From assembly GCF_006345805.1 (NCBI RefSeq), contig NW_021831884.1, positions 1 to 33,982 of the forward strand: DNA of 33,982 nt. The letters are read 5' to 3'. A program made the translations under genes and the position numbers. This stretch comes from Octopus sinensis (taxonomy: Eukaryota). Shown here one piece after another: positions 11,677-23,217 of this stretch. Each line of letters begins with the position of its first letter. The stretch's first letter is position 1. The notes beneath the pieces were generated by a model. That model was not told where the DNA came from and made no database searches. It was given only the letters and a program-made list of their open reading frames with translations.

Positions 11677-11925
11677 TGTTGCTTGTTCCTTCTCGAACCA
11701 TGCCTGGCTCATAAGGGCTGGTTTCCCGGTTTTATAGGCGTATAGGTTCCCCACCTGGATGGGAAGCCGGTCCGTCACTGATGAGCTGCTAGATGCAGGA
11801 GGAAAGATTGAGAGAAAGTTGTGGCGAAAGAGTCAGCAGAAATTCGCCATTACCTTCTGCCAGATCCACGTGGATCTTGAGTGTTTCGCTCATAAACACA
11901 CACATCACCCGGTCTGAGAGTCGAT
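11677..11925 (-). mobile_element. SINE, fourth family (V-SINE-like), head-truncated
   Basis: Minus strand ...gacggaccggcttcccatccaggtggggaacc... resembles the GATGGACTGGCG.CCTGTCCAGG motif I recall from V/HE1-type SINEs; short CAA-rich tail. Family name unverified. Confidence 0.55.
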
Positions 11926-12299
11926 CACACAACAACCTATACATCATGTTTGTCTAGCGCAAACGAATATGATATGCAACCAATTTATCCTTACACTGGT
12001 CACTACAGGGTTATTAAATCGCGCTCTTCTTTATGAGAGTTCGTACATCTAAAGGAAAGCTCATACACAGAGAGTCGTATGTACGTATTTATGTATGTAT
12101 GTACACACACGTGTCTACGTGCATAGGTACACCATGATCTATACACATGCAGACGAGAGTCGATTCATATGAGAAAGAAAGTGAACAAAATAATAGGACC
12201 GCTTGCTAATCGGGAAATTTGTAAGTTCGATTTAAAAGAATTATTTTTTTAAAGATAGTCAAACCAAATGGTTATCATTTCAGGCCATTTACCCAATAG

Positions 12300-12427
12300 G
12301 TATTTCTGCCAAATATGGTGAGAATCTGTTCAGTCAGCCATTTTCCAGTAATTCTGCAAACACTCAGACAAACGGACAAAGACGTGTCATTACAATACTC
12401 TGCTTTCGCTTACGCGCGCAGGGTAAC
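12300..12427 (-). mobile_element. Old Helentron/HINE-like end fragment
   Basis: agacaaacggacaaagacg...acaatactctgc...gcagggtaac parallels the end of the 27481-27978 element, including the terminal hairpin (tactctgc/gcagggta). Confidence 0.45.
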
Positions 12428-12779
12428 AACAAAATCCTAAGTTTACATCCGCAAAACATTTTGTATGTGTTTAGTATCTATATAAACATTTCCTAAATAG
12501 GCTGTCAACGTATGAGTTTTAGTTTCTTGTCAGATTACACCTTTGTAATGTGTGCTGATGGGACATTCTACTTGAGCTATAATCTATAAACTTTTGTGTA
12601 ACCATCTCAATCATTTTAAGACTACTCCCTTATTTTCAAATTCTTAGAATATATCATTAACAAATACAATTTCGTTATTCGTGCCATTCAATTATGTTGA
12701 CTATTTGTTAATTTTATACCAACATTCGTGATCCATATTTCATATCGTTCCATAATTTACGACGATTTTCAATCTATCA

Positions 12780-12831
<52 letters not shown>

Positions 12832-13529
12832 GAGCGACGAAACCGTTCTGCACGCACTCGTTCAGTGTCCAACAATTTCCGACCTGTGGGCTTATGTCGA
12901 ACAACTGCTGTCACGTGTGGGACGAGTCGGTTTATCAGCTGAGTCTATCGTCAATATTGTCACGCCTCCTTCCTTCAAACGGGAAGGAAGAGCTATTTTC
13001 ATCATCCTTGTGGCTATGGCGAAAGAATGTATCTGGTGGACGCGTCTGAAAGGATTGGAGACAAACACTTTCCTCTCTGGTCAATCTCTCATCAACTTCT
13101 TCAAGTACCACTTGAAAAGGAAAGTGAGAGTAGAGAGGCAAGTTTTGTCTAGCGAATGTTTTAAAAAAAGATGGGTGAATGTAGCAAGAATGGCATGTAG
13201 AGAATGACGAAGCCACCTTGAGCATAGTCCTATGAACCCAGAAATCGAAAACAGAGAGTTGCTTATTTGCAAAAAAAAAAAAAAAAAAAAAAAAAATATT
13301 AAATGTGACTTCATTGACCGAGGTTACCGTGGTCTTTTCCGCAGGCTTTTCTTTCCACGGGTAAACCTCACCTGTCCTCCCCTTTACACTTCATATTGAC
13401 ATTTCTGTGATAACGATCCCTATTGATCATTTTTTTTTCCTCTCCCCCCCTCTTTTTTTTTTTTTTTTTTAACCCCCTTTTTTTGTCCTCTCTTCTCTCT
13501 TTTACGATCCCTTTGATCGAACCTCCCCT

Positions 13530-13563
<34 letters not shown>

Positions 13564-13634
13564 CCTAAAAAGAAAAGCTCTACCTTGTAATTTTTTTCTA
13601 TCTGTGTGCAGCCCTGTGTGGCTAATAAAGAAAC
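12832..13634 (+). mobile_element. 5'-truncated L1/Tx1-clade LINE (ORF2 C-terminus plus complete 3' UTR) within (TATC)n
   Basis: Uninterrupted frame 12833-13207 SDETVLHALVQCPTISDLWAYVEQLL...AKECIWWTR...FKKRW: the ET..H...C...W zinc-knuckle half and AK..IW..R motif of L1/Tx1 ORF2; T-rich 3' UTR, AATAAA at 13624-13629; (TATC)n on both sides. Confidence 0.85.
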
Positions 13635-13677
13635 ATATCTATCTATCTATCTATCTATCTATATCTATATATATATA

Positions 13678-13725
<48 letters not shown>

Positions 13726-13757
13726 CTAACTATCTATCTATCTGTCTATTATCTATC

Positions 13758-13837
<80 letters not shown>

Positions 13838-13864
13838 GTATGTCTATCTATCTGCCTCTCCCTC

Positions 13865-13895
<31 letters not shown>

Positions 13896-14011
13896 TGCTC
13901 TACCTATCTATATTTAAATTTACTGGAGCACCGACAGGGTATTTTATTTCGATCAAAATAAAGAGCATTGAGTATATTAAGTACAGCAGAGACATATTTT
14001 ATAAACACACA

Positions 14012-14064
<53 letters not shown>

Positions 14065-14100
14065 TTCAAACATATACACATTCAAACACACACACATACA
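13635..14100. repeat. (TATC)n/(TA)n/(CT)n and (CA)n microsatellites
   Basis: Directly visible; the matching (TATC)n array on the other side of the LINE is at 12772-12831. Confidence 0.9.
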
Positions 14101-14760
14101 CTCATACATATGTATTTGTGCACGTGTGTATGCGCGTATTCATGTATGTGTGTGAGTGTGTGTGTTTTAACTGGCCCACCGACAGAGAGTTTATGAATTT
14201 ATAATCGTAACCAAGGTTGATATCTAATTGTGTATGAAACATATGTTCAACCCGTAAGTGAAAGTAGGGTCCCGTGGTTAAACGAAAGGACTCTATCATC
14301 AACCAGAGACTATTTTGTACTGTAATATAAATAAGGTCGTGTCTATCTTGATCGTGTTTATAATGTCTCTATGACGCGACAATAATTTTTCTCTCATTTA
14401 CCAGGAGTAAATAAGCGAATTCTGTCGATGGATTCTACATAAGCCGAAACTAATTGATATTTGATTCGTTCTTGCTGTACGGTTGCTGAAATTTCAGGTC
14501 GACTATTTAATCATGGAGCCTATTCTCACGCCGAAAGTAAAATATACGAGGGAAACTTTATAAAATATATGTATGTATTATGCATGAATATATGAATGTA
14601 TGCATGCAAGTATGTGTGTGTTTATGTGTTTATGTGTGTATGTATGTATGTATGTATGCATGTTTGAATGTATGTATGTATCTATCAATATCTACCTGCT
14701 TGCCTACCTACCTTCCTACCTACCTACCTACCTACCTACCGACCTATCTACCTACCTACA

Positions 14761-14875
14761 TATAAGTACTAGGCTTCCAAAGAATAAGTCCTGGGGTTGA
14801 TTTGCTCGAATAAAGGCGGTGCTCCAGTATGGCCACAGTCAAATGACTGAAACAAGTAAAAGAATTAAAAAAAAG
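14761..14875 (+). mobile_element. SINE-A 3' tail fragment
   Basis: ataagtactaggcttccaaagaataagtcctgggg...gactgaaacaagtaaaagaa. Confidence 0.85.
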
Positions 14876-14926
14876 AGCGCTGATTGGTTGAGCTGTATAA
14901 AGTGGATAACTATGCCATTTATTCCT

Positions 14927-14992
<66 letters not shown>

Positions 14993-15069
14993 TATTATTA
15001 TTATATATTATTATATATTATTATATATATATTATAAATATATAATATATATTATTATATATTATTATA

Positions 15070-15110
<41 letters not shown>

Positions 15111-15210
15111 CATACATACATACTTACATACATACATACAATTTATATGTATATATGTAGATATATATATGTGTATATATATGTATGTGTGTGTGAGTGT
15201 GTATGTAAAC
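14927..15210. repeat. (ATT)n/(TA)n/(CATA)n microsatellites
   Basis: Directly visible. Confidence 0.95.
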
Positions 15211-16327
15211 ATTCTTACATAAGTGTAAATGTATGTATGTTAAGAAGTGTAAGTTTAAAAGTATAAATGATTAAGTATCCTTTATGCAACCTTGAACGTT
15301 TCGTCAAATCATTCGACTGCAGAAAACTGAATATAATATTCTAACAGATGGCAATTGACGAAGTGTCAAAATCTTCTGTATACTAGATTAAGCAGAAGTC
15401 AAAACGCATTTGACTTAGATGTAATTGTTCTATACAATAGTGTTACTATCAGGAACCGACAGGCACTACAGAGCTGCTTTTATGTAGGACATGTGTGGAG
15501 GGTTTAATAAAATTCATGTTAGCATGTTAGCATGAGATAAAATTGGACAAAGAATTTTCTAACGTGAACAATTTTAAATTTAAGTGTTTAAATGAATATT
15601 GATATTAAAAAATAGGAACCGGAAACTGAATGAAGTAAAATAAACAATGTATGGTATAATAAAGAGTACGCCTTATTAATTAGCTGTGAGAATGTGTCTT
15701 TTACTAAAAGAAAGCAATTATTAAGTCTATGTTATATAGAAAATTCTTATAAATGTCAATTTTGGTAGTATTATAAAAATGTTGATTTCACGCATGTATT
15801 ATTGAAAATTTCAGCAAGCTTTATTTTTATTCACTGGGAGAAATTTTTTAACACCATAGATTTTTATCCCTTTTCTTCCACTGTTTCCTTGCAACGCTTT
15901 TTTTCTTTCAATCTCATTGTTCATCACTGCTACTTCTTTCTATATTCTTGTAACATCTTTCACTCACTCTTATCGTCATCCTTTTCTCCCGTGCCTTTTC
16001 TCATTCGGCTTTTGCCTCTTCTCTCACAAACTTTATATCACTTCACGGGTCATTTCATTTAATACATGTCATTTTTCTCTTGAACACTCTGTTCTTTTAC
16101 TTTCCTTACAATATTCTCTCACACACACTCTCTCTTTCCCTTCCTCTCCCTCCCTCTCTCCCTCTCACTGTTGCTTTCTACCGCCTTATTCAATTGTTTT
16201 TATTAAAAGTAATTGATTACAAAGTTTTTCTTTGAGTTTCTTTGAAAATATTTGTAAATATATTTACACTACATTTGTTTATCGTATCAGAATTACTTAG
16301 GCATTTTCATTTCAAGTTTAATATATA

Positions 16328-16716
16328 CTAACAGTATCGCCCGGCGTTGCTCGGGTTTGTTTCGACCCTTTAGAATTGGAATTTTTGAAAAGTAAAAATT
16401 TTGCATTAAGTAGCTTGTTATTCTCTGTAAGTGAACATTTTTCTGGTTGAAATAATCCGAAAAATGGCGATACAGAAGTAAAAAATTCGTTAAAAATAGG
16501 GACTCTCACTGAAAAAAAGTACCTTTTTGATGTAAATAATTTTTGATGTTAACATGGTCCGATTTGGATTTTTTCTTCTACGGAAGGAAGAGTAAGCCTT
16601 CTATCATACTTTCAATTTTGGTCAACTTGTGCCGCATGTTCTCGGAGGAGATAATGTTAGTTGAAGGCTACCAAACTTGCCATACACAGACAACTTCAGC
16701 TTTATATAGAGAGAGA
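16328..16716 (-). mobile_element. Non-autonomous Helitron-like element (~390 bp)
   Basis: Minus strand begins TCTCTCTCTATATAAA, ends cccgagcaacgccgggcgatactgTTAG followed by T: GC-rich hairpin about 10 nt before a CTAG-like end; no TSD. Confidence 0.7.
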
Positions 16717-17719
16717 CTGGCGGATATGCGCATCACAGCAGTTTCATTCTAGCAAGCATTACATACTTACAAAAAAGCGCCCGGAGAGCGGTGTTTCAAC
16801 TTGTATGATAAAATAAATAAAATAAAAACCAATACATGATTTTTCTTTTTCTCGAACGTAACCGGTATTATATCGTGACTTGGAAATTGGAAAGACTTTG
16901 ATTAAAATTTGTAACGTATTCTAAGTAACGTATCAATTATAGAATGTCTCAAAGACAGAATAACTTTATTATTCAACTTAATTTATCATCCAATCAGTGA
17001 GATTCTACGGAAACTCATAGCGTATTCTCATTACAGGAAGCAGCAACGACAATCAAATTTATTTTGTCTGTCCGCTCTTTGTGATGTGAAAGTATAGTTA
17101 GTGAATTTAATCTGTTTTGTGTCAATCTTGACTAAAGACATGTCTTTATTCGTTTTGCTGATGAAAACGGTCATTCGGCTGTAGCAGATGCTGTAGTATT
17201 TGCCAGTGAAATTTGGCAAATTGCACAAATCTCTGATGTTAGTTGTTTGCAGTCGGCTATAATATTTTTCGTTTGGTTTGTCTGCTAATGTGAGCCAAAC
17301 AACAACAGAAGTCTCTCAGAAAATTCAAATACCGAAATTCAAGTTAAAAATTAATCTATAATATAACTTGGACATGGGCGATCGTTGTATTATTTCTTGT
17401 CTTGAGGTTCACAGCCAAACAGCTGGGTGGATTTGCATGAAAAATGGCACACATGTGAAGACGGGTGCATAGATTGGAATGCAGTTGGTATTTTTTTCCT
17501 AAACCCAAGAAAATCGATTAAAACTTTTTCTAATGAAATTTCCCTCTTTCTTCTGCCATTAAAACAACCAGTTGCTTAGAGGTGGGGTCAGGAAATGTTC
17601 ATATGGCTGGAGGCTCCAATCGAAACAGGGGACCCGAAATGATAAGGGTGACAAACGCTGCTATAGATTATGCCTAACCGAAAACGATCACAGCCACATC
17701 ATCCAATCAGACTGGGTGA

Positions 17720-18700
17720 AACCGGGCTTAACTGCTAGTATCAATATAATCACCATATTTCTGATAATGTGTTGTCTTTGTTGTTCTCCTTTAGAAGCAA
17801 ATGCTTCCATACTTAAATATACCTGAAATTCGATTTGTCACCGCATTTAATTATTATATCCACAGCTTCAAAATGCACACGTCTGCAATGGACTCGGGTC
17901 ACCGACGGAAAATTTTCCTTCCAAATTCATATTTCGATTTTTCTAAGGGTCTTTTGAGTAGGTCGTAATTAAGCTTTGGGACATAATGGAATCTTGTTTT
18001 TTGCAGAATAATCATTATAGATGTTATCATATGAGTCTTCACTCCTAATATCTTTCAAAACTTTTTTTTGTAATTCCATCAATTTCCTGTTCAACCGTTG
18101 ATGCAATTTTAATTGCTTGCAGTGAGGTTGAAAATTTATCTGTATACGAATGCAAAAGCTGGCTAAGATTTAGTTCAAAGAATAAAATAAACACATCCAT
18201 TTGAATATAACACGCCCCCAAAATCACTACTGTATGCTTCGTCAATACTTACACAGGATTGAATAATTATAAAAAACTTCCTTGAAAGCATGTAGCAAAT
18301 CTGTTTCGTTGCACGCAAGGGTACGACACCACAGAGCATGACTTTACATTCTGAGACTTCCATGTTTGTATTTCAACACACCGAACAAATTCAAGCCCCT
18401 TTATTAAATCGTAATTATAATAATCCGTTTCTCATCGCATCATATCGTAATCATATAGCGTTTCTTCCATGCTCTTACTTAAAAATTTTCTTTGCCGATG
18501 TATTGTTAAGGTCTCCAATTAAAATTCTTCGAAATATTTGGCCGTTCCAAAATCTTTGGAAACATTTTTCTTTGTAGTGAAGGAATACAATTGTAAAATT
18601 GCATAAATATTGTCATATTTCTGAGGGCATTTTAAACTGAAAATATCGTTCAAGGTTTTTATACCTGGCAAGCATTTATTTTTCATTGATTGCCAAGCGT
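17720..18700 (-). pseudogene. Decayed hAT transposase (ZMYM1-like class)
   Basis: Frameshifted minus-strand pieces: RYDAMR; IQMDVFILFFELNLSQLLHSYTDKFSTSLQ; EQEIDGITKKSF..RSEDSYDNIY; HCRRVHFEAVDII; KYGDYIDTS. These are collinear with hAT motifs (QM..F.FFFGL.L...L...TD.LS.TLQ; YRR.YFEA.D; YGDD.D). No TIRs seen. Confidence 0.65.
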
Positions 18701-19014
18701 TTGTCAATCCCACAAAAATATAAAACCTAGGTTGGTTTTTTGTTGAATGCACTGGTATATTAGTCAGTAATAATTGAAAAAAGCTTTAACAACTTCATCA
18801 GATAATGTCGCTCTCTCTCTCTCCAATATCGACCCCTTTCTGACTCACAATATGAACAACATGACTCACAGTATGTAAAACTCATTTTACATATTGTCAG
18901 TCATGTACCTGTAGCAGTATTGTTAACCCTATCAGTGGGCCGGAATAATTCCCCTCATAGTCCTATTATTAAACGTAAGTAAAATGTTTATTCAAATTTC
19001 TTTCGTGTCAACAG

Positions 19015-19058
19015 AGGATGCGCTGACACTCAATACGTTCGTAGCGCATTTACGATTA
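19015..19058 (+). CDS. Candidate 44-nt exon, product unknown
   Basis: Acceptor tttctttcgtgtcaacag| and donor |GTAAGT; two frames open (xDALTLNTFVAHLRL or xGCADTQYVRSAFTI). Confidence 0.3.
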
Positions 19059-19762
19059 GTAAGTATGTTTTATTTCGGTTTTTCATTCAATGCTATTATG
19101 CTTAGAGTTTAGTAGTAGTACGTTGGTTCTACGTCAATATTTCTTAAAGCATTAGTGAGCTTTTTTTTCCAATTATAAAACTCTTCCGTTAGAAACTCAT
19201 TTTCTTTTCCTCTAGCATGTTTTAAATTTCTTTAACTTTTACGCAGACAAACAAAAGCAAACAGCATGATCATCAGTTTTGGTCTTAATGAGTTGAGTCA
19301 AAAGCAATGAAAGAAATTGATTGAAAAGAATGTTTCTAGTTCCAATGTGAGCTCTTGGGAAAATATAAATTCATTTGTTGATAATTATGAGTAATAAAAA
19401 AAAAAGCCAAATGGCTTGGTTAGTTGATTGCGCTAATGTTAACTGAGACAACGAAGCTGCAATTACTGCAGCAGAAATGAATTTACTAGAAGTCTCCTGT
19501 CGTACTTGCAAAAATATAGTACCATACGTTTTAGCAGTCGACGACCAGAAATTATTAGCATTATCGGTCTTTATGGTTTGTTGATGTTGATCACACCTGA
19601 AGTTGTTAATTAATTATATCAGACACGAATTTTGAAACAAAACCGTGCATCTTCCCTGCGGGCAATCAACATTTTTGGCAATTATATTGAGCTGAAAATT
19701 AAATGATTTAACTCTCTTAAACCTATAGTAATACACACATTCTCACACACTCATGCATGTAT

Positions 19763-20171
19763 ACTCTTACTCTTTACTTGTTTCAGTCATTTGAGTGTGG
19801 CCATGCTGGAGCACCGCCTTTAGTCGAGGAAATCGACCCCGGGACTTATTCTTTGTAAGCCCAGTACTTATTCTATCGGTCTCTTTTGCCGAACCGCTAG
19901 GTGACGGGGACGTAAACACACCAGCATCGGTTGTCAAGCAATGCTAGGGGGACAAACACAGACACACAAACATATACACACACACTTATATATATATACA
20001 CATATATACGACAGGCTTTTTTCAGTTTCCGTCTACCAAATCCATTCACAAGGCATTGGTCGGCCCGGGGCTATAGCAGAAGACACTTGCCCAAGATGCC
20101 ACGCAGTGGGACTGAACCCGGAACGATGTGGTTGGTTCGCAAGCTACTTACCACACAGCCACTCCTGCGCC
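19763..20171 (-). mobile_element. SINE-A, full length
   Basis: Complete head and tail on the minus strand. Confidence 0.92.
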
Positions 20172-20290
20172 TATGTGTACGAATTTTTAAATAAATTGCC
20201 CTTTAGAACATAGAAAAACGTATTATTTTGCTGGGTGCTGCATATCCTCTTGAAATTTAGTTAAGTGAATAATCAACACAACATATATTG

Positions 20291-20496
20291 CAGTAATCCC
20301 TCGACTATCGCAGGTGTTACGTTCCAAAACCTCTTACAGAAGTTAATTAAAATCTAAACAAATCTAAATACCTATCGGCCGCAGAAACCGCGATATACTG
20401 AGGAGATCGCGATAGAAATTTACATATAAGAGCCAGAAAAATTCGCGATGCACTGAGTACGCGATAGGTGAAGCGCAATATGGCGAGGAATTACTG
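20291..20496. mobile_element. Tigger/pogo-type MITE (206 bp)
   Basis: TIRs cagtaatccctcgactatcgc and, reverse-complemented, cagtaattcctcgccatattgc; TA follows the right end (left flank is TG). Confidence 0.8.
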
Positions 20497-20658
20497 TACA
20501 TCAATTGTTATAATTTGCAAAAAAAAAAAAATGAATCACAAAAAGACACGTATCTAATCAACTTTCTATTAAGAATTGAATTTTTAAGGTTCTACTTAAA
20601 ATCAACGGTAATTTATAGTGTGCCAATTGCAAAACTCATACCCGTATATACTCATATA

Positions 20659-21093
20659 GGCGCAGGAGTGGCTGTGTGGTGAGTAGCTTGCTTACGAACC
20701 ACATGGTTCCGGGTTCCTTCCCACTGCGTGGCACCTTCGGCTAGTGTCTTCTACTATAGTCGCGGGTCGACCAAAGCCTTGTGAGTGGACTTGGTAGACG
20801 GAAACTGAAAGAAGCCCGTCGTATATATATATATATATACATATATATATGTGTTGGTGTGTGTGTTTAAGTTTGTGTGTCTGTGTTTCTCACCCCCCCA
20901 CATCGCTTGACAACCGATGCTGGTATGTTTACGACCCCGTACCTTAGCGGTTCGGCAAAAAAGCCCGACAGAATAAGTACTAGGCTTGCAAAGAATAAGT
21001 CCTGCGGTCGATTTGCTCGACTAAAAGCGGTGCTCCAGCATGGCCGCAGTCAAATGACTGAAACCAGTAAAAGAGTAAAAACAGTAAAAGAGT
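20659..21093 (+). mobile_element. SINE-A, full length
   Basis: ggcgcaggagtggctgtgtgg to (AGTAAAAG)n tail. Confidence 0.92.
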
Positions 21094-21224
21094 ATTTAAA
21101 AACGTTGACGTGGATAGGCTTCCTTAAAGAAAATTAGGAAGAACTAGTGTTAACTTCACACAATCATAAAACCTAACTTGACTAATTTAACAATGAAAAG
21201 TAAAAATCTTGGATATTTATATTC

Positions 21225-21335
21225 TTTTACTTTTATTCTTTAACTTGATTCAGTCATTAGACTGCGGCCATGCTGAGGCATCGCCTTGAAGAATTTTAGT
21301 TGAAAGACTCGACCACAGTACTTATTTTGTTTTAT
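21225..21335 (-). mobile_element. SINE-A-related 3' tail fragment (older subfamily)
   Basis: cagtcattagactgcggccatgctgaggcatcgccttgaag... Confidence 0.7.
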
Positions 21336-21340
21336 CTCGA

Positions 21341-21630
21341 AAGAGCTGTTCTTCACTCCTGCGCCAGAGCGTCGGCTGCGGGGTCATTCCGAAAAAGCTC
21401 TATCTGCGACGATTTAATCTCATCGAAGGAGAGGGGCTTTCTCTCCGTCCGGGTTGCGGATCCGTGGAATAAGCTGCCGACGAGATAGTGAAGATACCGA
21501 CGACCGCTCGGTTCAAGTCTCCCTTGACCACAAGTGGCTGAACTCTTTACATGAACACCACCCTGTACATAACTCCATGTCCCCCTACATGGCCTTGCTT
21601 TTTGTTTTTGAGAGCCAAAAATTAACTAAC
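21341..21630 (+). mobile_element. CR1/L2-clade LINE 3' end
   Basis: Frameshifted ELFFTPAPERRLRGHSEK / LYLRRFNL / RRRGFLSVRVADPWNKLP / EIVKIPTTARFKSPLDHKW matches the LRGH..KL...FS.RVV..WN.LP......FK..LD..W CR1/L2 terminus; (TAAC)n-like tail. Confidence 0.85.
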
Positions 21631-22208
21631 TTATATGTAAGCATATAAGCATGTATGTGTATATATCTCTCTGGATTTCAATTCATGAAGAAATGGATAA
21701 TGCATGTCCACGAATATAGATATATGCATACGTACGCATATACAAATTTTAAAACTGAATTCTCATATATTTACAAATACGCGTGTGCATGTAGTAAAAT
21801 ATGTGTGTCTCTATGCGCGCCTGTGTATAATGCGCGCGCGCGTGTGTGTGTGGTTTGGATAAAGTCGTTTTGCTAATGACCCTTGGAAGCCCTCTGAGAC
21901 TGTTGGGATCGATATGAAGGATAAACTTCTTAAACAACTGCAATTCAACTGCTGAAATACAAAAATACGGGCAAGGAAGGAATTCAAAGGAATTGGCGAA
22001 AGGAATGAGTGGTTACTGAGAGGCCTAGGAATAACACTTCGCCTCGGTGAACAACGAAGGAGCGGCCGGACAAAAGGCAGGTCTTTGAATGGAAATGGCA
22101 TGAGGTAAGTTTGGTATGTGAAGTAGATGCCACTGAATATGGCGTGTGGAATGTCCGTGAGCGCAGCAGCCCAGTCTTAGATGCGTGTGAAGTAATTCAT
22201 TGCGGATC

Positions 22209-22493
22209 TTATTTCACGTTTGTAAGTATCTCTTTTATTCATTTACTTGTTTCTGTCATTTCACTGCGGCCATGCTGGAGCACCGCCTTTAGTCGAGCAA
22301 ATCGACCCCAGGACTTATTTTTTGTAAGCCTAGTACTTATTCTATCGGTCTCGTTTGCCGAACCGCTAAGTTACGGGGACATAAACACACTAGCATCGGT
22401 TGTCAAGCGATGTTGGGGGGACAAACACACACACACACAAACATATCCACACACATACATATATATATACACAGATACACAAACACACGCGTG

Positions 22494-22527
<34 letters not shown>

Positions 22528-23217
22528 TACGACGGGCTTCTTTCAGTTTCCGTCTACCAAATCCACTCACAAGGCTTTGGTCGACCCGAGGCTATAGTAG
22601 AAGACACTTGTCCAAGGTGCCACGCAGTGGGACTGAACCCGGAACCATGTGGTTTGTAAGAAAGCTACTTACCACACAGCTACTCCTGCGTATATATAAT
22701 GTTTTATTTGAAGTAAATTCATTTTGCACACTTCCAGTTTCATGCCACTGCAATCAACAGGTGATCTTTTTTACTTTTTTACCATGTGGTTTGTAAGAAA
22801 GCTACTTACCACACAGCTACTCCTGCGTATATATAATATTTCATTTGAAGTAAATTCATTTTGCACACTTCCAGTTTCACACCACTGCAATCATCAAGTA
22901 ATCTTTTTTACTTTTTATATTTTTGATAGTTCGAGCTTGATTTTATATACATTAGAATGGACTCAATGGTTATTATATTAGAACAGTCCCCATCGCTAGA
23001 GCTGTTCACTTATTTCACGTTTGTACGTAGATATAATGTTTTATTTGAAGTAAATTCATTTTGCACACTTCCAGTTTCATGCCACTGCAATCAACAGGTG
23101 ATCTTTTTTACTTTTTATATTTTTGATAGTTTTAGCTTGATTTTATATACATTAGAATACCTTCAATATCTTCTAATGGTTGTTATATTAAGACCGTCCC
23201 CATCGCTAGAGCTGTTC
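22209..23217 (+). repeat. Complex tandem triplication of an ~85-210 bp unique segment
   Basis: atataat.tt..atttgaagtaaattcattttgcacacttccagtttca... occurs at ~22694, ~22830 and ~23031; gtccccatcgctagagctgttc at ~22986 and ~23196. Confidence 0.9.
22230..22690 (-). mobile_element. SINE-A, full length
   Basis: Complete on the minus strand; its head is re-duplicated at 22781-22828. Confidence 0.92.

Noticed and set aside
11778-11860. CTGATGAG...CGAAA hammerhead candidate in the V-like SINE
   Set aside because: Stem II is possible (GCUGC/GUGGC), but no stem I or stem III plus NUH pairing works in type I or type III topology.
12271-12325. Micro-exon candidate cag|GCCATT...TATG|gtgaga
   Set aside because: The donor lies within the HINE-like fragment and no other support exists.
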